Assembly: GCA_013265495.1 (NCBI GenBank) | Contig: MU058001.1 | Location: 12,763-76,762 of the forward strand | DNA length: 64,000 nucleotides | Source of the DNA: Vicugna vicugna | Taxonomy: Eukaryota | Direction of reading: 5' to 3' | In this document: in pieces, positions 13,401 through 26,825 of the stretch | Numbering within the stretch: position 1 is the first letter of the stretch | How the letters are laid out: the number at the start of each line of letters is the position of its first letter | Position numbers and translations under genes: made by a program | Notes under the pieces: generated by a model | What the model was told of the DNA's origin: nothing | Seen by the model: only the letters and a program-made list of their open reading frames with translations | Databases searched by the model: none

Positions 13401-16400
13401 TAATGGACTAAATGCTCCAGTTGAAAGTCATAGAGTGGCATGCTAGATAATAAAGCAAGAACCTACATTATGCTGCATACAGGAGACCCAATTGAGACAG
13501 AAGAACACATATAGCTTGAGAGTGAAAGGATGGAAACGGTTATTCCATACAAATGGAAAAGCCAAAAAAGCAGATGTTGCAGTACAGATTTCAGACAAAA
13601 TACACTTTAAAACATAGGCCATAAAGAAAGATAAAGAAGGAAATTTTATAAAGATTGAAGGAGTGATACAAGATGAGGATAGCATATTCCTTACTACATA
13701 TGAACCAAATAGAGGAGCACCGAAGTACATAAAATAATTACTAACAGATATAAAGGGGGATAGTGATGGGAATCAAATCATAGTTGGAGATTTCAACATG
13801 GCATTAACATCACTGGACAGATCATCAAGACAGAAAATAAATTAGGCAACAAGGCAACAGATAAATAATACAATAGAAATATTACACTTGGTGGATATTT
13901 TCAGAGCATTGCACCCCCAACAAAATAGTATATACATTCTTTTCAAGTGCACAAGGGAATTTTTAGGATTCATGTTATACTTGGGCAGAAGGAAACCTCA
14001 GGATTTTTAAGAAGGTAGAAATTATCCCAAGCATCTCTACTGACCACAATGCCATGAAATTAGAAATCAACAACAGAGAAACAAAGGAGAAAAAAAGGAA
14101 AACATGCAGATTAAATAATATGTTATTAAAAAACAATGGGTCAATGAAGAAATCAAAGGTGAAATGAAAAAGTACCTTGAGACAAAAGAAAATGAAAGCA
14201 AAACCACACAAAATTTACGGGACACAGCAGAAGCAGTGCTGAGAGGGGAGTTTATAAAGATACAGTCCTTCCTCAAACAGAAGAACAATCACAAATAAAC
14301 AATTTAACCCATCAGCAGAATGAACTAGAAAAAGAAGAACAAAAAACACCAAAAGTCAGCAGAAGGAAGGAAATCATAAATATTGGGGAGGATATAAATA
14401 AAATAGAGTTTAAAAAGACCATAGGAAAAAAAATGAACCAAACCAAAAGCTGGTTTTTCCAAAAAGTAAGTAAAATCGACAAACCTCTGTCCAAACTCAA
14501 ATAGAAGAAAAGAGAGAGAGCACAAATTAAGAAAATAAGGATGGAGAATGGAGAAATTACAACAAATAAAAAAATACAGAATATCTTATGAAAATATTAT
14601 TAAATATATGTGGAAAAAACTGGATCACCTAGAGGAGATGGACAAGTTTCTGGAAATATTCTGTCCATCAAGGCTGAATCAAGAAAACACTTACCCCTTG
14701 AACATGCAGAGCACTAGAAATAAAATCAAAATAGCAATATAAATACTCCCTACAAATAACAGTCCAGGACCGGACGGCTTCACTGAGGAATTCTAATAAA
14801 CATACAAAGAAGAACTCATACTAGTCTTCTCAAACTTTTCCAGAAGATTGAAAAGGAAGGACTACTCCCAAATTCATTGTATGAAGCCACAATCACCCTG
14901 ATACCACAACCAAGCAAAGACAATACCAAAAAAGAGGATTATAGGCCAATATAACTGATGAACACTGACGCCAAAATCCTCACCAAAATAGTAGCAAATA
15001 GAATCCAACAACACAGATAAAAGATTATACATCATGACCGAGTCGGGATCATGCCAGGAACAAAGGGGTGGTTCAACATATGGAAATCAATCAGTGTAAT
15101 ACAAGATATCAAGAAGAGAAAGGACCAAAACCGCATTATAATCTCAATAGATGCAGGAAAAGCATTTGATAAAATTCAACACCCACGTATGATAAAAATT
15201 ATTGCCAAAGTGGGCATACAGGGAACATATCTCAGCATCATGAAAGCTATAGATAACAAACCTATAGCCAGCATAGTACTCAATGGTGAGAAAGTTAAAA
15301 TTTTCCCACAAAAATCTGGGACAAAACAAGGATGCACACTATCACCACTCCAACTCTATATAATTTTGGAAGTCCTAGCCACAGCAATCAAACAACAGAG
15401 AGAAGTAAAAGGGATGCAAATAGAAAAGGAAGAGGTTAAAGTCTCACTATATGCAGATAATATGTTACTATATATAGAAAACCCTGCAAGATCCAGATAA
15501 AATTTACTACAGCTGATCAAAGAATTCAGCAAGGTAGCAGGTTACAAGATTAAGGTTCAAAAATCAATAGTATTTCCTTACACTAATGATTCAGATACTA
15601 CTATAGAGCTACAGTCAACATGACAGCACTGGATTGTTAGGAAAACAGACATATAGGCCAATGGAACAGAATAGAGAGCCCAGAAATTAACCCACAAGTT
15701 TTTGGTCAAGTAATCTTCGACAAAGGAGGCAAGAAATTACAATGGAATAGAGACAGACACTTCAGCAAACAGTGTTTTGAAAACTGGACAGCAGCATGTA
15801 AATCAATGAAGCTAGAACACTCCCAATGAAGCTAGAACACCATACACAAAAATAAACTCAGAATGGATCAATGACTTAAACATAAGACAAGATACAATAA
15901 ACCTCCTAGAGGAAAATATAGGCAAAAGATTAACTGAAATGTCTCGAAATTTTCTCGTAGAAGAAATAAAAGCAAGAATAAACAAAGAGACCTAATTAAA
16001 CTTATAAGTTTCTGCACAGTAAAGACACTGGAAGTAAAACAAAAATAAAACCTACGGAATGGGAAAAAATTTACATGTGAAACCGACAAAGGCTTTATCT
16101 TCAGAGTATATAAGCAGCTCATTCAACTGAATAAGAAAAAATAAACAACCCAATCCAAAAATGGGCAGAAAACCTAAACAAGTGATTCTCCAAGGAAGAC
16201 AAACAAATGATTAATAGGCACATCAGAAAATGCTCAATATCACTGATTATCAGAGAAATGCAAATCAAAACTACAGTGACGTATCACCTCACACCAGTCA
16301 GAATGGCCATCATACAAAAATCCACAAGTGACAAATGCTGGACAGGCTGTGGAGAAAAGGTAACCGTTCTTCACTGCTGGTGGCAATGAAGTTTGGTGCA

Positions 16401-17094
16401 GCCAATGTGGAAAACAGGATTCAGAATCCTCAAAAGCCTTGGAATCGACTAACCAAATGTCGTAGGAATCCAGCTTCTGGGCATAAATCCAGAAGGAATC
16501 ACATTTCAGAATGACACCTACACCCTAATGTTCATAGCCAGCAATATTTACAATAGCAAAGACATGGAAACAGCCTAAATGCCCATCGACAGTTGACTGG
16601 ATAAAGAAGAGGTGGTATATTTATACAATGGAATACTAGTCAGCCATATAAACCAAAAATATAACGCCATTTTCAGCAACATGGATGCTCCTGGAGAAAT
16701 TCAGTCTAAGTGAAGTAAGCCAGAAAGAGAAAGAAAAATAACATATGAGATGGCTCATCAGTGGAATCTAAAAACAAAACAAAACAAAACAAAAAAAGCC
16801 CAAATACAAAACAGAAATAGACTCGCAGACATAGAATACAATGTATTGTTTGCAATGCGGCGGTGATTGTGAAGATAGACTAGGAGGTCAAAATTGTAGA
16901 ATAGATAAACAGGATTGTACTGTATAGCACAGGGAAATGTATAAAAGACCTTAAGGCAGCTCAAAGAGGAAAAAATGGGACAACAAATGTATGTATGTTC
17001 ATTGTAACTGAAAAATTGTGCTCTAGGCTGGAATTTGAGACAACTTTGTAAAATGACTGTAAATCAATAAAAAAAAGTTAAAAAAAGAAAAAAA
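10459..17094 (+). mobile_element. Near-full-length decayed L1: GC-rich 5' UTR, ORF1 (~12068-12952), ~400 bp spacer, ORF2 (13360-~16720), AATAAA and A-rich tail
   Basis: Starts GGGGGGAGGCCATGATGGTGG; ORF1p EEIMTENFPN...PTPRHI; ORF2p [17 protein letters not shown]...[10 protein letters not shown]...LYADNM; AATAAA at 17066. Many stops and frameshifts. Confidence 0.95.
12104..12117. other. Assembly gap (14 N)
   Basis: N run. Confidence 1.
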
Positions 17095-17099
17095 CATTA

Positions 17100-20000
17100 T
17101 CCTAAATATCACATTTGTAAATATAAATTATAGACAAAAGAAAACTATGCAAAAGGGAGTAAAACCAAAGATTTTGTGTTATGTTTTCTTTTTAAGAAAA
17201 GCAAATCAAAAAACTTCTAGCCAGGTGCATCATGAAGAAAAGAGTGATGCTCCAAAGAAATAGAGTAAGAAATATAAGAAGAGAAATAACAATTGTTACC
17301 TCAGATATACACAAAAGGGATCATTTTGTCAAGACTTACATGCCAATAAACTGGACAACTTAGAAGAAAGAGACAAATGTTTAGAAAGAGACAGAGATAA
17401 GGAGAAACAAATAATTTGAACAAACTGATTAGTAGAAGAAAGATAGAATCTGCATTTAAAAAAATCGTTACATACAAGTGAAGATTTAAACAGCTCCCGT
17501 GGAGAACTGTACAAAAATACAAAGCAGAACTTATACTCTTCAAACTATTCAAACATAGTGAAGATGTGGGAAACTCCCAATTTAATTCTGTGAAGCTTTC
17601 ATCACCTTGATAGCAAAGCCAAAGAACATACTACGGGCAAAGGGAACTTCAAGCCAATATATTTGATAGATTTAGATACAGAAATTCTTCAAAATATTAT
17701 TAGCAAACTAAATCCAGCAATACCTAAAATGAATCATACACCATGACCAACTTGGTTTAATTGCAGGGTCACAAGAGAGGTTCAACATACACAAATGAAT
17801 CAGTTTGATACACCATATTAACAAAAGAAAAAGAGAAAACGACCTGGTCATCCCAATATATCCATGAAAAGCATTTCATAAAATTCAACATTTATTCATT
17901 AAAACAGCAACAGCAGCAAAAACAACAACAAAAACAATAGCAACAACAACAATAGAAAACTCTTACCAAAGTAGGATTCAGGAAATATATCTCAAAATAA
18001 CTAAAGTCATTAATTACAGACCAGAAGACAACATGATATGCAAAAGTGAAAAACTGATAGCCAAATTAAGGAATAAGACAAGGATGCCCACTCTCTTCAT
18101 TTCTATTAAACACAGTATGGGATGTCCTAGCAAAAGCAATCAGACAAGAAATAAAGTTATTCAAGTTGGATTGAATGAAGTAAAACTGTTATTATATTTG
18201 ATGACATGATAATTTATATAGAGAACCCTAAAGATTCTCCAAACCAAAACAACTAAATCTAATAAAGCCATTTAGCAAAGTAGCATGATTCATGATTAAT
18301 ATACAAAACCTGTCACATTTTTTACACTAACAATGAAATATTCCATAATTTTTAAAAAAATCCATGTGAAATCAGATCAAAAAATGATAAACGTATGAAA
18401 AAAACAAGACAAAACCCTCAATAGGACACTGATAAATAAATTTGAAGATGATGCAAAGAAATGGAAAGAAATTACAAGGTCTTATTTAGAGCAATTAATA
18501 TTGCTAAAATCTGCATGCTAAAAAATTGTCTACAGATATAAAGTGATTCAGATCAAAATACATGTTATTCTCAACAGAACTAAAAAGAGTCCTATGATTT
18601 GTATGGAACTACAAAAGAACACGAACTGCAAAAGAAACAATCAGGAAAAAGAACAAAGTTGGAGACATAACCCATAACCCTACCAGATCTCAGACTATAT
18701 TACAAAAATACAGTAATCAAACACACAATGCTGGAAAACAAACAAACATCTATATCACTGGAACAGAACACAGAAGCAGAAATAAAACATCACACCTATG
18801 GTCAACTAAACTATGACAAAGGAAAGAAAACATACAATGCCTTAAAGACAGTCTTCAGCAAGTGATGTTGAGAATGGTAGACAGGTACATGTAAATCAAT
18901 GAAATTAGAACACTCCCTCACACTGTACATAAATAAACTCAAAATAATTTAAATATCTGAATCTAATACATGACACAATAAAACTCCTGGAAACTAACAT
19001 AGGCAAAGCAATACCTAAATTATAGCAAAATTTTCTTATGTCACACTCCCAAGCTGAAAACAATTAAAGCAAAATAAATTAAATGTCCTAATTAAACTTA
19101 AAAGCTTCTACACAGGAAAATAAACAAAATGAAAAGATGAACTTCCAAATGGAAGAAAACTTTAGGAAACAATGCAATCAACAAGAGGCTAATTTCCAAA
19201 ATACACACATCGTTCATACAAATCCACTTCAAAAATCTTCAAACAACTCAGTGAGAAAATGAGCAGGAGACAATTCTCTAAAGAAGACACACAGATGACA
19301 AACAGGAACATAAGAACAGGCTCACATTACTAATCATTTTACAAAGGCAAGACAAAAATAAAATAACGTTTTACCTCACACTATTGAGAAAGGATGTCAT
19401 CCAAATGTTTACAAATAATAAAGATTGGGGTGGTTGTGGAGAAAAAGGGACGCTCAACGCTGTTGGTGGGAATGAAAATTGGTGCAACCACTTTGGAAAC
19501 TGTATGGAAGTTTCTTTAAGAAATAAAAATAGACCTACCATATGACACAGCAATCCTACTCCAGAGCATATAAAACATAAACCCTGAAAACAAAGGATCC
19601 TAGGGTAAAACATAAGAAGTACACTCTGACATTGGACTTAACTTGATTCTATGTATCTCTCCTCTGGCAAGGGAAGCAGAAGAAAAACTAACAAAATATG
19701 ATTGTATAACATTAAACAGATTTGCACTGTAGAAGATATGATCAATAAAATGAAAAGTCAACCAACACAATGGGAGAATATATTTGCAAGTGGTATTTTC
19801 CAATCAAGTGGTAATATTCAAACTATATGGCAAACTCTCACCCCACAACAACAACAAAAAAACCAAACAATCGAATTGAAAAAAAGTCCATAGGAACTGA
19901 ATAGATAGATCTGAATCTATTTTCTGTCGAAAACATACAGTTGGCTAAATGACACATGAAAATATATTCAGAGTTATAAATTATTACAAAAGACATAAAC

Positions 20001-20125
20001 CAAGAATGAGACAAGACCTCACACTTGTCAGAAGGCTCTCATCAAAAAGACAAGAAATTGATGTTTGTGAGATTGTGGAGATAAAGGAACACCATGGACT
20101 CTGTTGATAGGAATGCAAAGTATTG
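17100..20125 (+). mobile_element. Older L1 ORF2 fragments, sense (two pieces, junction ~19595)
   Basis: GACAAGGATGCCCACTCTC and GATGACATGATA (RT region); INKMKSQPTQWENIFA. The ORF2 C-terminal region occurs twice. Confidence 0.85.
17901..17955. repeat. (CAA/CAG)n trinucleotide repeat
   Basis: Visible; longer in copy B. Confidence 0.85.
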
Positions 20126-20167
20126 ATTCCATTGCAGATATACTTAAAATTTTTTCATCCATTTTTC

Positions 20168-20630
20168 TGTCAAGGGATGTTGGGTTGGTAGGCCCCTGTC
20201 TGAAGGCTCTAGAGAATAAGCCCATGGGCTGAACTGATAAACAAGCTGTGAGGAATGTCACATATCCAGGCTGGATAAGAAATGGCCTACTCAATGTATC
20301 CAGTATGTATGGCTGGATAGTCTATGTTGGGTAAGATCCTCGGAGGAGGGCATCCTAAGACAGGCACAGCCAGCTGGATAAGAGATGGCCAACTTAATGA
20401 AGTTCTGTGATGAACTTTAAAAAAATCCTTGATCATTTAACATCCTGGGCTTACTGTAGGAGCATGGGGACATAAATAGCTTAAGATTATTAACATTGTT
20501 ATAACTTAGATGATATGTGAGGCATTGTGCATGTCCTTTATAAACCCTTCTTCTAAGAATCAATAAACAGAGAACTGCTTTGCTTCTCTTCACACAGTGT
20601 TTGTGTGTATATGATATCGTGCCACTGACA
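20168..20630 (+). mobile_element. Solo LTR of an endogenous retrovirus (~463 bp), family unassigned
   Basis: TGTCA...TGACA terminal inverted repeat; TATA-like TTTATAAA at ~20537; AATAAA at 20562 followed by a GT-rich tract; duplicated U3-like motif; non-L1 composition. Confidence 0.78.
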
Positions 20631-21480
20631 GGGTTAATTTAATTTGATGGGAGTATCTTAAAAGGATGTTGCATTATATACAATGCTTTTTCTGCACCTA
20701 TTGAGATGATTATGTGAGTTTTATTTCTCATTATATTAGTGTGGCATGTCACCTTTATTGATTTGAATATTTTGAAGTATGCTTAAACCCAGGGATAAAT
20801 CCCTTTACTCATGTATGTGTATGATACATTAAATGTGATTTTGAACTCATTTTGCTTGTGTTTGGTTGAGAATTTTGGCACATATCTTCATCAGGGATAA
20901 TATTCTGTATTTTGCATATAATGTCCTTTCCAGAATTGTAATGCAAATAAAGCTGGTATCATAAAACACGTTTGGAAACTTTCACCCTCTTCAAATTCTT
21001 GGAAGATTTGGGGAAGAACTGGTGAAAAATTGTCTTCAAATGTAGGACAGAATTCACCAGTAAAGTCATCTTGTAAATATTTTCTGGTTTGGTAGGTTTG
21101 GATTACTGATTTACTCATACACACTTCTGCTTTATTTAACATTCTAATTTGTTCTTGATTCAGTATTGGAAGACATATGTTTCTGGGAATTTGTCTTTTG
21201 TTCTAGGTCATTCAAATGGTTGGCTAGTGGTAGTTTCTTATGATGCTTTGCATCTCTACAACTTCAGTTATCTTCTCTTGTATTTCTAATTTAATTTGAG
21301 TCTTTATTTTCTTAGCCAACCTAAACGTTTGTCCACTTTATGTTTAATAGAAACAGACTTAGGATTTTTTTATCATTTCAATTGTTTCTCTTCTTATTTG
21401 CCTTACTCTCATTCATTCAATTTTCTTCTTTATTCTTTCTGTTTTCTCCTATATTCTTGAAGTGTAAATTTAAGTAGTGT
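20631..21480 (-). mobile_element. Old L1 ORF2 fragment, antisense
   Basis: AATGCTTTTTCTGCACCTATTGAGATGAT and CAGAATTCACCAGTAAAG (DDFTGEF). Confidence 0.85.
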
Positions 21481-21504
21481 GAATCTTTGTATTTAATTTA
21501 TAAT

Positions 21505-24500
21505 TAAATATTTTTTTATTTAGTTATTATTTATTTATTTATCTATTTACATATTTATTCATTTATTTATCATTGAAGTACTGCCATTTACAATGTGTTA
21601 ATCTGTGGTGCTTAGCACAGTGTTCCGGTACATGCATATATTTGTGTGCCTATTAAATGTTACTTCACGATATTTAACTTACTGCCCTGTGTCACACAAA
21701 AGAAGTTTTGAAAAAATCTATTTTTATATATAGTGGATAACATTTATAAATCTACAGCTCCCAAATATATCCTCTCACAGCCCCTTTCCACAATAATCAT
21801 AAAATTGTTTAGTAGATCTGCGAGTGTGTTTCAATTTTGTAGATGAAATATAGTGTTCTCATCCAAATTTTTTTTAAGGTTCCACATATGTCATATCATG
21901 TATTATTTTTCTTTCTCTTTCTGGTTTACTTCAATTAGAATGACGCTTTTTGGGGACATCCATTTTGCTGCAAATGTTATTGCTTTAGTTTTATTGCAGT
22001 ATATTATTCCATTGTGTAAATATGGCATAACTTCTGAATACTGTCATTTATTGTTGGAAAGTTAGGTTGCTTCCATGTCATGGATGTTGTATATAGCACT
22101 GCTAAGAACATTGGGGATCAGATGTCTTTTTGAATTAGAGTTCCTTTTGTTATGTACCCAGAAGTGGGATTGCTGGGTTGTATGTTAAGTCTATTTTTAT
22201 TCTTTTGAGGAAACCCTACCCTGGTTTCCACAATACTGCACCAAACTTCATTCCTTCCAACAGTGTAGGAAGGTTCCCTTTCTCCAAAGCTTCCCCAGCA
22301 TTTATTGTTTGTGGACTTTTGAATGATGGCCATTGTGACTATTTTGAGCTGATACTTCATGATAGTTTTGAATTGCCCTTCTCTGATAATAATAGTGAGC
22401 AATTTTAATATATCTGTGTGACATTTGTACGTCTCTATTGGAGAAATGCTTTTTTAGGGCTTCTGCCCATTTTCAGATTGAGTTTCTTTTTTTTTATTAT
22501 TACTAGGTTGTATGAAATCTTTATATTTTGGAAATTTAGTCTTTGTCAGTTGTATCACTTCTAAATATTTTCTTTAATACTGTAGGTTGTCATTTTCCTT
22601 TGTTTATGGTTCCATTTGCTGTGCAAAAGCTTATAAGTTTAATTAGGTCCTATTTATAAATTTTGCTCTTACATCCCTTACCTGAGTAGTCTATTCTAAG
22701 AAATCATTGCTGAGATTTATCTCAGAGTGTTTTGCCAATATTTTCTTCTAGGAGATTTACCGTGTCGTGTCTTGCATTTAAGTCTTCAAGCCATTTTGAG
22801 TTTATTCTTGTGTATGGAGTGAAGTAGTGTTCTATCTCCTTTGCTCTGCATGCTGCTATCCAGGTTTCCCAACACCAGTTGGTGAAGTGATGGTTTTTTC
22901 TGTGTCATATTCTTGGCTACTCTGTTAAAGGTTAATTGAACATAGGCCTGCAGATTTATTTCTAGGCCCTATATTCTGTTCCATTTGTCAATATGCCTGT
23001 TTCTGTACCAATATTATGTCATTTTGATTATTGTAGCACTGCAATAGTGTATGGAGACCTGGCGGTTTATTCCTCCAGCCTCTTTCTTTTTCTTGAAAAT
23101 TGCTTTGGAAATTATGGATCTCTTATGATTCTGTGTAAATCTTAGGATCATTTGCTTCAGTCATAAAAAGAAATGTTTTTCATAGTATGTTAGTAAATCA
23201 CAATAAGTCTGTGGATTGCCTTGGGCATTATGCCCATTTTAACCATATTGTTTCTTTCATTTCAAGTCCATTGTGTATCTTTTCAATACTTCAAATCTTT
23301 TTTGATTTCCTCAATCAATGTTTTCTTGTTCTCCATGTATAAGTCATTCACCTCCTTGGTCAGATTTATTCTTTAGCATTTTATAGTATTGGGTGCAGAT
23401 ATAAAAGTGGTTCTTTCTATACTTTGTTTTCCTGTTGATTGAATGGCAGTGTAAAGGAATGCAATGGGTTTTTGTACATTATTCTGGGTACCTTGCCCAG
23501 TTGATTTTTAGCCTAAGTATTTATTTGTGAAGCTTTTACAGTTTTCTGTATATAGGGTCATGTCTGCATATCGTGGCAATTTTACCCCTTCTTTTCCAGT
23601 CTGAATCCTTTTATTTCTTTTTCTTCCCTGATCGTTGTGGCTAGGACTTCCAAGACTATATTCAATTGAAATTGTGAGAATGGGCAACCATTTCCTGTCT
23701 CAGGTTTTTGTGAGAAGTGTTTCAGTTTTTCAACATTGAGTATATTGCTGATATATGTTTGTCATAAATAGCTTTCATTATGTTGATATTTGGTCCCCCT
23801 ATGCACACTGTGATAAGAACTTTTATTGAAAATAGGTGCTAAATTTTATCAAATGCTTTTTCTGTATCTACTGACATGATCATTTGGTTTTTTGTCCTCT
23901 CTGTTGTTGATATGGTTTATCACAATTGATTGATTGATTTGTGTATATTCAACCATCCTTGTGTTCCTGGTATGAACCTAACTTGACCGTGGTGTATGAT
24001 CTTTCTTACATGCTGTTGGATTCTGTTTGTTAATAATTTCTTAAAGACTTTTACAACTATGTTTATCAATGATATTGGCCTATAGATTTCTTTTGAGATA
24101 GTGTCTTTGTCTGGTTTTGGTATCAGGTTGATGTTGGCCTTATGGTGTGAGTTTGGGTGTACTCTCTCCATATCAATCTTTTGGAAGAATTTTAGTGGGA
24201 CTCGTATGGATATTTCTTTGTATGTTTGGTCAAATTCCCCATTGAAGCTATTTGGGTCTGAATATTTGATGCAGAGATTTTTTATTTTATTGATAATTCT
24301 ATTACATTTCTTGTGATCTGTCTGTTCAAATGGTCAATTTCTTCTTAATGCAAACATGGTGGGCTGAGTGTTTCCAGAAACTCCTCCATTTCTTCCTGGT
24401 TATCCAGTTTGTTTCCATGCAGTTGCTCATGGTATTCTCTTATGATATTTTACAAATTTGTTGTACTATTTGCAGTTTCTCCATTGTGTTTTCTTATATT

Positions 24501-26222
24501 GTTTGTGTTCTAACTCAATTCTTGTTGATGAGTCTGTCCAGAGTTTTGTCAATTTTGTCTACTATTTTAAAAAAGAGTTTGATTGATTTGTTGCTATTTT
24601 TTAATCTCTATTTCAATTTTTCTTCCTTGATCATTATTATGTCTCTCTTTCTGTAGACTTTTGGTTTTGTTTGCTCTTCTTTTCATGATTAGTTTACATG
24701 GAACGTTAGATTATTAATTTGAAATTGCTCTTCTACTTTGAGAAGGGCCTTGTCAATTTGAACTTCCCTCTTAAGCCAGCTTTAACTGTATTCCATAAGC
24801 TTTGAATAGTGTTTTGTCATATTTCTCAAGATATTTTTTAATTTCTTATTTTACTTCATCAACTCCCCCACTTGTTTTAGTACCATGTTGTTTAATGTAC
24901 ATGCTCTCATTTCTTCTCCCTGTTTTTCTGTGATTGATTTCTAGTTTCATGGTATTATACTCAGAAAAGATGCTTGAAATAATTTTTATCTTCTTAAATT
25001 TTTTGAGGCTTCCTCTGTGCCTGAGTACATAATCTTTCCGAGAAAATATTCCATGTGAACTGGAGAAGATGTATATTCTGTTTGGGGAGGAGTACTGTTT
25101 TGAAAATATCAACCAACTCCAATTATTTTATCGTAACTTTTTGTATCTTTGTTCCCTTATTAATTTTCTGTCTGAAACACCAGTCTAGTGATGGAAATGG
25201 GGAGTTATAGTCTCCTACCGTGATTGTGTTCCCATCCATTTCTCCCTTTTCATCTTTAGTATTTGCTTTATGTATTTATGTGCTCCTTTAATGAGTGCAC
25301 ATATATTAATGAGGTTAATACCCTTATTTTTTGTTGCTCTTTTAATCATTATATCATGTCCTTGTTTATCTTTCTTTATGGCCTTTGTTGTAAAGTCTAA
25401 TTTGTGTGAAGTCAGTACTGCTAGTCCTGCTTTCTTGTCATGTGCATTTGCATGGAATATATTTTTCCGTCTTCTGACTTTGAATTGATGTGTGTTCCTC
25501 TTACTAAAGTGGGCTTCTTGTATGCTTCATAATGTAGGGTCTTATTATTTTATCCCATCTGACAATATATATCTTTTGATTGGAGCACTTAGTCTATTAA
25601 CAATTGTGATAATTATTGACAGACTGGTGTTTATTTCCATTTTGAACTTCATTTCCCAGTTGATTATGAATTTCCTTTTTGTTCACTTCTTTTTCTTTTT
25701 GTGGCTTGATAAGTTTTCTTTTTTATTATCTTGGTTTCTTTTTTGACTTGTGACTTCATTGTAAGGTTTTGACTTATGTTTACCCTGTTTTGTATGTATA
25801 TTGACCCATTACTATATCTGTTTATTTTAACTGATAGGAATACAAACTCTAGCCCATCCTAAAGAGAACAGAAACAAAAATACTCTGTATTATCCTGTTT
25901 CACTCTATGAACCTTAGAAATTTTGATGTCCTGTTTTACAACATCATGTTTATTCTATTGAAAGTAATTGTAGCTATTACCTATCTAATAATGTCTTTCT
26001 CCTTTCTATAGCATCCTGCTTCTTATTTTTTAGAGTAGATATTTCATTATTTGTTTTTCTGTTGCTAAATTGTTTTAGTATTTGCTTTTGTGGAAGTTAT
26101 TTATCTCTCCTTCTATTCTAAAGGATAGCATTGCTTGATATATTATCTTAGAATACAGCTTTCTTTCATTCAGGACTTTGAATATGTCTTGCCATTGCCT
26201 TCTGCCTGTTGTATTTGTGTAG
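21505..26222 (-). mobile_element. 5'-truncated L1, antisense: (TTTA)n tail, 3' UTR, ORF2, inter-ORF spacer and end of ORF1
   Basis: LIPKPDKDTISKEIYRPISLINI...GFIPGTQGWLNIHKSIN-type ORF2p peptide; 3' UTR resembles the reverse complement of that of the 10459-17094 element. Confidence 0.93.
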
Positions 26223-26224
26223 GA

Positions 26225-26825
26225 AACGTGTTTACAAATATAATGTATATAATTTTATATATATGTAAAAAATACCTAGAAATGAAGCTAACAAATGAGA
26301 TGAAAACCTATATGTTAAAAAATGGATAAAATGGATGAAGGAAATTAAAACTGATCCAAAGAAATGAAAAGATCTCTTATGTTAATGATGTGAAACTATG
26401 TGGTTGAAACAACCATACTACGCAAAGCAATCTATATTTAGTGTGATTCATGTCAAAATACCCATGAGATTTTTCCATTAAATAGAACAAATAATTTCAA
26501 AATTTATATGTAACCACAAAGATCATGAGTTGCCAAAATAATCTTAAATCTTGGAATATTAAATATAATAGTGTAAATTTCTCTGTTGTTAAATATTCCT
26601 ACAAAGCTTTAGTAATTAAAACAACATGATACTGGCTCAAAAACAGACACCAATGAATAGAAGAGAATAGAGAAACCAAATATAATCCCTCACACCTATG
26701 ATCAATTAATCCATGAAAAAGGAAGCAAGAGTATAAAATGAAGAAAAGACATTCTTCTCAATATTTAGTGCTGGGGAGATTGAACATGTGAAAAATAGAT
26801 TAGAGTATTTCCTCACGTTGTATAC
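26225..26825 (+). mobile_element. L1 ORF2 fragment, sense
   Basis: KYLEMKLTNEMK; TACTGGCTCAAAAACAGACAC. Confidence 0.8.

Noticed and set aside
15051..15500. 149 aa reverse transcriptase-like ORF as an active or domesticated RT
   Set aside because: Fragment of a decayed L1 ORF2; catalytic YADD is mutated, the ORF is bounded by stops, and it is broken differently in copy B.
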